Of a DNA stretch of 64,000 nt, positions 59,767-64,000 are shown piece by piece. Location: NCBI GenBank assembly GCA_020161855.1, contig JAIUNJ010000009.1, forward strand, positions 47,644-111,643. The letters run 5' to 3'. A model generated the notes under the pieces. That model was given only the letters and a program-made list of their open reading frames with translations. It made no database searches and was not told where the DNA came from. Position numbers and translations under genes: made by a program. Source of the DNA: Pseudomonadota bacterium. GTDB lineage: Bacteria > Pseudomonadota > Alphaproteobacteria > Rhizobiales > Aestuariivirgaceae. Numbering within the stretch: position 1 is the stretch's first letter; every line of letters starts with the position of its first letter.

Positions 59767-60795
59767 TTAAGCCGTTGGCGTCTGTTCCAGCACAAGGCCG
59801 AGGTCACGCAAGGCCATCTTCTCGTCGAAGGGCAAGGGCTTACGGCGCGAGCGCAAGGCGGCCTTGGCGCGGGCCAGCGACTTGCCCTTGAGGGCACCGG
59901 ATGCTGCCGCCACTTCTTCCATCTCCGACAGCACGCCGCTGCAATAGAGAACGATGTCGACCCCCGCAGCAAGCGAAGCCGCAGCGCGATCGCCCAGGCT
60001 GCCCCTGAGTGCCTTCATCGAAAGATCATCGGTCATCAGGAAGCCGTTGTAACCCAGCTGCTTGCGGATGACGTTGCGGATCACGTCGCGCGATTGCGTG
60101 GCCGGGCGGTTCGGGTCGATGTTCTCGTAGATCACATGGGCAGTCATCGCCATCGGGCAGTCGCCGAAGCCCGCAAAGGGGTAGAAGTCGTGCGCCTCCA
60201 GCATCGACCGGCTGGCCTTGACGACCGGAAGCTCGTGATGGCTGTCCACGGTTGCGCGGCCATGGCCTGGAATATGCTTCATGACCGGGATGACCCCCCC
60301 CTCCATGAGACCCGCCGTATGCGCGCGCGCCAGGGCAAGCACCGCATCCGGCTTGCTGGAATAGGCCCGGTCGGAGATGACGGCACTGCTGCCCGGCTGC
60401 GGCAAGTCGAGCACCGGCAGGCAATCGGCAGAGATCCCCACGTCGAACAGGTCACGCGCCATCAGGCGGCCGACAAGCCGTGCGGCACGCAACGCCAGCA
60501 TGGGGTTTCGGTCGTGCAGAAGTCCGAACAAGGCGGCAGAAGGATATCTGCGCCATTCAGGCACGGGCGGCCCCATGCGCTGCACCCGGCCACCCTCCTG
60601 ATCGATAAAGACAGGCGCGTCCTTGCGCCCGACAGCCTGCCGGAATGACTCGGTCAACTTGCTGACCTGCTCCGGCGATTCACAATTGCGCTTGAAGAGA
60701 ATGAGGCCAAAAGGATCAGTGCGGTTGAAGAAAGCTTCTTCTTCCGGGGATAAACTGTAACCGGTACAACTGCCGATAAATGCGCCGATGGCCAT
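59767..60795 (-). CDS. nagZ: Beta-N-acetylhexosaminidase (GH3)
   Basis: IDQEGGRVQR, KHIPGHG, DSH, MTAHV, MTDDLSM. Confidence 0.95.
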   Translation of the reverse strand: MAIGAFIGSCTGYSLSPEEEAFFNRTDPFGLILFKRNCESPEQVSKLTESFRQAVGRKDAPVFIDQEGGRVQRMGPPVPEWRRYPSAALFGLLHDRNPMLALRAARLVGRLMARDLFDVGISADCLPVLDLPQPGSSAVISDRAYSSKPDAVLALARAHTAGLMEGGVIPVMKHIPGHGRATVDSHHELPVVKASRSMLEAHDFYPFAGFGDCPMAMTAHVIYENIDPNRPATQSRDVIRNVIRKQLGYNGFLMTDDLSMKALRGSLGDRAAASLAAGVDIVLYCSGVLSEMEEVAAASGALKGKSLARAKAALRSRRKPLPFDEKMALRDLGLVLEQTPTA

Positions 60796-60840
60796 GATTC
60801 GTGCCCCTGGTTGATTGTATTACACCAAGTGCAAACCGGG

Positions 60841-63288
60841 TCACAACTTACGAACGAGGCAGTCCCGCTCACCGCCAGCGAATAGCTGGGCGCAGACGGC
60901 GCTCGCCTGCTCGCGGCTGGGCATGGTGCCCGCAGCCAGCCGGTAGCGTGTGCTGCCACCGACAACTGCCTCGCTGATGATCGGGCTCAGCCTTCCAAGA
61001 ACGCCGTGCTTGGCCTGCAGGCGCCGGAATTCCGTCGAAGCTTCATCGCGCGTACGGAAAGAGGCGAGCTGCACGGCAAAGCCGCCAGCGCTGGCCACCT
61101 GCTGCTGGACAACCGGCTGTGGCTCAGCCTGCACCTGCTTCTTTGCAGGGGCAGGCTCAGTCACAGCATTATCAAAGGACGAGGACGAGGTCGCGTCGGA
61201 CTGCTGCTCGCCACGGAACAGGTCAGCGAGCGTCTTGCGCTTCTTCTGTGTTGCAGGTGGGGTGGCCTGCGCAGGAGGTGAAGCCTCGGGTGTGACGATG
61301 CCATCGCCGGCATAGAGCCCGCCACCGGCACTGCCGGAACCGAAGGCGGAGTTTTCCGTTTCCTCCGCCAGTGACTGGCCACCCGCAGGCGGAACAAGAA
61401 CAACCGGCTCGGCACCCAACTCGGGCTGCTTCGGTTTCTTCTGCGCCACCTTCTTCGGCTTCTCGACGATGGCAACGTCTTCTTCGCCGTCATCGCTTTG
61501 GACAACCGCCTTCTTCGGCTTGGCGGCAGGCGCCGGGCTTGAGTCGGAAATCGCCTCGGAGTCATTGTCCGTCAACACGTCATCCGCAGTTGAAGGAGCA
61601 CCGGCGCTATTCGCATTGCCAGACGCCGATGTTGCTGCCGGTGGTGTGGGAATGCCGCCATCGCTCTTCTGACCATCAAGTGCGGCTACCTGAGGCGTGC
61701 CATCACCCGGCACTGGCGGCACGGGAGGCTGCGACTTGCCTGGCGCTGCATAGACGTCTTCACCCGGCAAAGGTGGGTACAAAGGCGAACCTGCCGCCTG
61801 GCTTTCGCCGGCGGCAGGGATGATTTGAGCAGAATCTTGTTTTCCGGTCGGAGTGAGCGAACCTTGCTGATCCCCCGTTCCATCACCAGGCGGTGGCGGT
61901 AAAGGCAGCGGCGTCAGTTCCTCGCCACCTGTGCCGGACTGCGGCGCAGCGTCCGAGGGTGAGACCGGAGGCTCCTCGCTCTGCATCACATCGCCGCCGA
62001 GCACCTCGCGGTCCCCAACGATGCGGTCATAGATCAGCTTGCGCGATGCGGGCTGCTGGCCCTGCTGCTGGTCGGGTTGCGACTTGGCGGGCTGCGCAGG
62101 CGCCGTGACGACCGGGGTGTTGGCCCCCTGCTGGCCAGACATCTGCGGCTTGATGTTGTTGTAGTAGAACCAGATGCCGCCCAATGCCACGAGGGCAAAA
62201 AGGCCAAGCAGCAACAGCCACAACAGCGGACCGCGCGAGCGGCCCACGTCATCGTCGTAGCCCATTTCATAGTCGCGATAGGCCTGGCTGTATTCGCCAG
62301 CCGTGGCCCGGCGCTGGCCGCTGCGCGGATCCTCAAAAAGTTCGCCTTCGCCGTAATCCTGGCGATAGCCCTGCTGGCCGCCACGCGGCGGCACGCGCAG
62401 GCCAGCACGCCCGGCTGACGGATCGTTTCCGTAGCCGTAGTCCGTTTGCTGGCCATAGCCACCTGCCTGTGGCAGCGGCGGCACATTGAGGCGCGGCTGG
62501 CCGGCATAGCCACCAGCGCCACCCGTGTAGCTGCGCGGTGGCGTGGGCTTCAGCGGCGGCGCATAGCGGTTGTTTGGATCAACGGAACGATAATTCGGCA
62601 TAGGGGGGACATAACCGCTATTGTAGCGCGGCGGAGGTGGCGGCGTGGTCTGCGAAAAGTTGCCACGCGGCGGCATGATGGGACCGCTGCTGCCAAGCGG
62701 CTGGCGCGGCGGGATGATGCTGGGCGCGCCACCTGTGCGGAGCGGCGGCGTCAGGGGCTTTGCTGTTGAGCCAAGCGACGGCCGGATGGACGTGCCCGGG
62801 ACAACCGGCGGCGGAGGTGGCGGCAAAGGCGTGGTGGCCTTGGGCGGTGGCAAAGGTGCCGCCGCGGCCTCTGGCTTCGGGGCCTCGGGCGGCTGCGGGC
62901 GGGCCTGCACCGGTGCGGGCTTTTCGGCTTCCGGTTCCTCAGCGAAGGTGAACTTCGGCTTGCCGCTGCCATTGCCATTTACGGCCGGCTGTTCGGCCGC
63001 GGCCTTGCTTTCTGTGCGCTGGCGCGCGGCAATTGCGCGCTGTTCGGCAAGCTTCTCGGCTGCATCGCGCTGGCCTTGCAGCTTGTCGGCAATCGGCGGA
63101 GCGGCCTTGGTCGGCGTGCGCGGCGCCATCGGCGCGGGCCTGGCGACGGCGCGCGCTTCGGGTTGCGGCGGTGTATTGCTCACGGGCTTGAACTCCTCCG
63201 AGATACGGGGGAGTTCCCTGGACGCACCGATGCCAAGGCGCTCGCGCCAACTGCGCTTGTCAGAGCCATTTGGTGTCTTCTGGTCCAT
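60841..63288 (-). CDS. Bitopic SPOR-domain protein (FtsN-like), unusually long
   Basis: Pro-rich N-terminal region, single TM LLWLLLLGLFALVALGGIWFYY, RKLIYDR, C-terminal FAVQLASF...YRL..G...A..VC SPOR domain; lies between argS and nagZ. Confidence 0.8.
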   Translation of the reverse strand: MDQKTPNGSDKRSWRERLGIGASRELPRISEEFKPVSNTPPQPEARAVARPAPMAPRTPTKAAPPIADKLQGQRDAAEKLAEQRAIAARQRTESKAAAEQPAVNGNGSGKPKFTFAEEPEAEKPAPVQARPQPPEAPKPEAAAAPLPPPKATTPLPPPPPPVVPGTSIRPSLGSTAKPLTPPLRTGGAPSIIPPRQPLGSSGPIMPPRGNFSQTTPPPPPRYNSGYVPPMPNYRSVDPNNRYAPPLKPTPPRSYTGGAGGYAGQPRLNVPPLPQAGGYGQQTDYGYGNDPSAGRAGLRVPPRGGQQGYRQDYGEGELFEDPRSGQRRATAGEYSQAYRDYEMGYDDDVGRSRGPLLWLLLLGLFALVALGGIWFYYNNIKPQMSGQQGANTPVVTAPAQPAKSQPDQQQGQQPASRKLIYDRIVGDREVLGGDVMQSEEPPVSPSDAAPQSGTGGEELTPLPLPPPPGDGTGDQQGSLTPTGKQDSAQIIPAAGESQAAGSPLYPPLPGEDVYAAPGKSQPPVPPVPGDGTPQVAALDGQKSDGGIPTPPAATSASGNANSAGAPSTADDVLTDNDSEAISDSSPAPAAKPKKAVVQSDDGEEDVAIVEKPKKVAQKKPKQPELGAEPVVLVPPAGGQSLAEETENSAFGSGSAGGGLYAGDGIVTPEASPPAQATPPATQKKRKTLADLFRGEQQSDATSSSSFDNAVTEPAPAKKQVQAEPQPVVQQQVASAGGFAVQLASFRTRDEASTEFRRLQAKHGVLGRLSPIISEAVVGGSTRYRLAAGTMPSREQASAVCAQLFAGGERDCLVRKL

Positions 63289-63303
63289 AACTCTATGCCC
63301 GCC

Positions 63304-64000
63304 TCACATTTCCTCGACCGGGGTCAGTCCGAGGAGGTTGAGCCCGTTAGCCATAGAATAGCGGATTGCTGTCAAGAAAGCGAGCCGCGTTATTGTCAAT
63401 AGCCTTTGGGCGGGAAGGATGAAGCGCAATTGCGGCGCTTCTTTGCCCTTGTTCCAAAGGGCATGGAATTCACTAGCTAGTTCAAATAGATAAAACGAAA
63501 TCCTGTGCGGCTCATGGGCCAGCGCAGCTGATTCCAGCAGCCGTGGGTAAGCCGCCAGGCGCCGGACCAGGGCCATTTCGGCCTCGTCCTGCAGCAGGGA
63601 AAAATCCGCCGTATGCGGATCAATGCCGTCAAAACCTTCCGTTCCGGCATTGCGAAGTACAGAGCAAATACGGGCATGCGCATATTGCACATAGAACACC
63701 GGATTATCTTTCGACTGCTCGGTGACCTTGGCAAAATCGAAGTCGAGAGGCGCCTCGTTCTTCCGGTGCAGCATCATGAAACGGACCACGTCGGGGCCGA
63801 CTTCATCGACCACGTCGCGCAGCGTCACGAACTCCCCTGCCCGCTTCGACATGCGCACGGGCTCACCGTTGCGGAAGAGCTTCACCAACTGGCAAAGCCT
63901 CACAACCACATCGACCTTGCCTTCGCCTGCGAGCGCCGTCGCCACCGCCTGCAGGCGCTTCACATAGCCACCATGGTCGGCGCCCAGCACATAGACAAGT
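63304..64000 (-). CDS. argS: Arginine--tRNA ligase, 3' part (5' end lies beyond the window)
   Basis: [34 protein letters not shown]. Confidence 0.95.
   Translation of the reverse strand, partial: LVYVLGADHGGYVKRLQAVATALAGEGKVDVVVRLCQLVKLFRNGEPVRMSKRAGEFVTLRDVVDEVGPDVVRFMMLHRKNEAPLDFDFAKVTEQSKDNPVFYVQYAHARICSVLRNAGTEGFDGIDPHTADFSLLQDEAEMALVRRLAAYPRLLESAALAHEPHRISFYLFELASEFHALWNKGKEAPQLRFILPAQRLLTITRLAFLTAIRYSMANGLNLLGLTPVEEM

Noticed and set aside
1-64000. CRISPR array, tRNA/rRNA genes, IS elements, prophage, integrase
   Set aside because: No regularly spaced repeats, tRNA cloverleaf or T-loop signatures, transposase or phage genes seen; intergenic gaps are short

Overview
Mostly core chromosome of a GC-rich alphaproteobacterium; gene content and order suggest Hyphomicrobiales/Rhizobiales (inference). 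Housekeeping blocks: phasin-dac-DnaJ-VWA-eipB-ridA-GDPD-DUF482-HIT, metZ, gatCA-ruvX, comEC-gltX-gltA, rpsB-tsf..pyrH-frr-uppS-cdsA-rseP-bamA-fabZ, lipB, pyrBC-plsY-dprA..topA-rnr-rpmG, and argS-SPOR-nagZ-scpAB. Accessory inserts: a ccdAB toxin-antitoxin pair with a palindromic operator, a DUF3142 plus large helical secreted protein pair between tsf and pyrH, an RTX-repeat protein, and a four-gene bufferin-type MNIO RiPP operon (DUF2282-DUF692-DUF2063-DoxX). The most striking observation is an absence: lpxD, lpxA, lpxI and lpxB are cleanly missing from the bamA-fabZ-gltA locus where rhizobial genomes normally carry them. No tRNA, rRNA, CRISPR array, transposase or integrase was seen. All family calls come from recognising motifs by eye, not from database searches.
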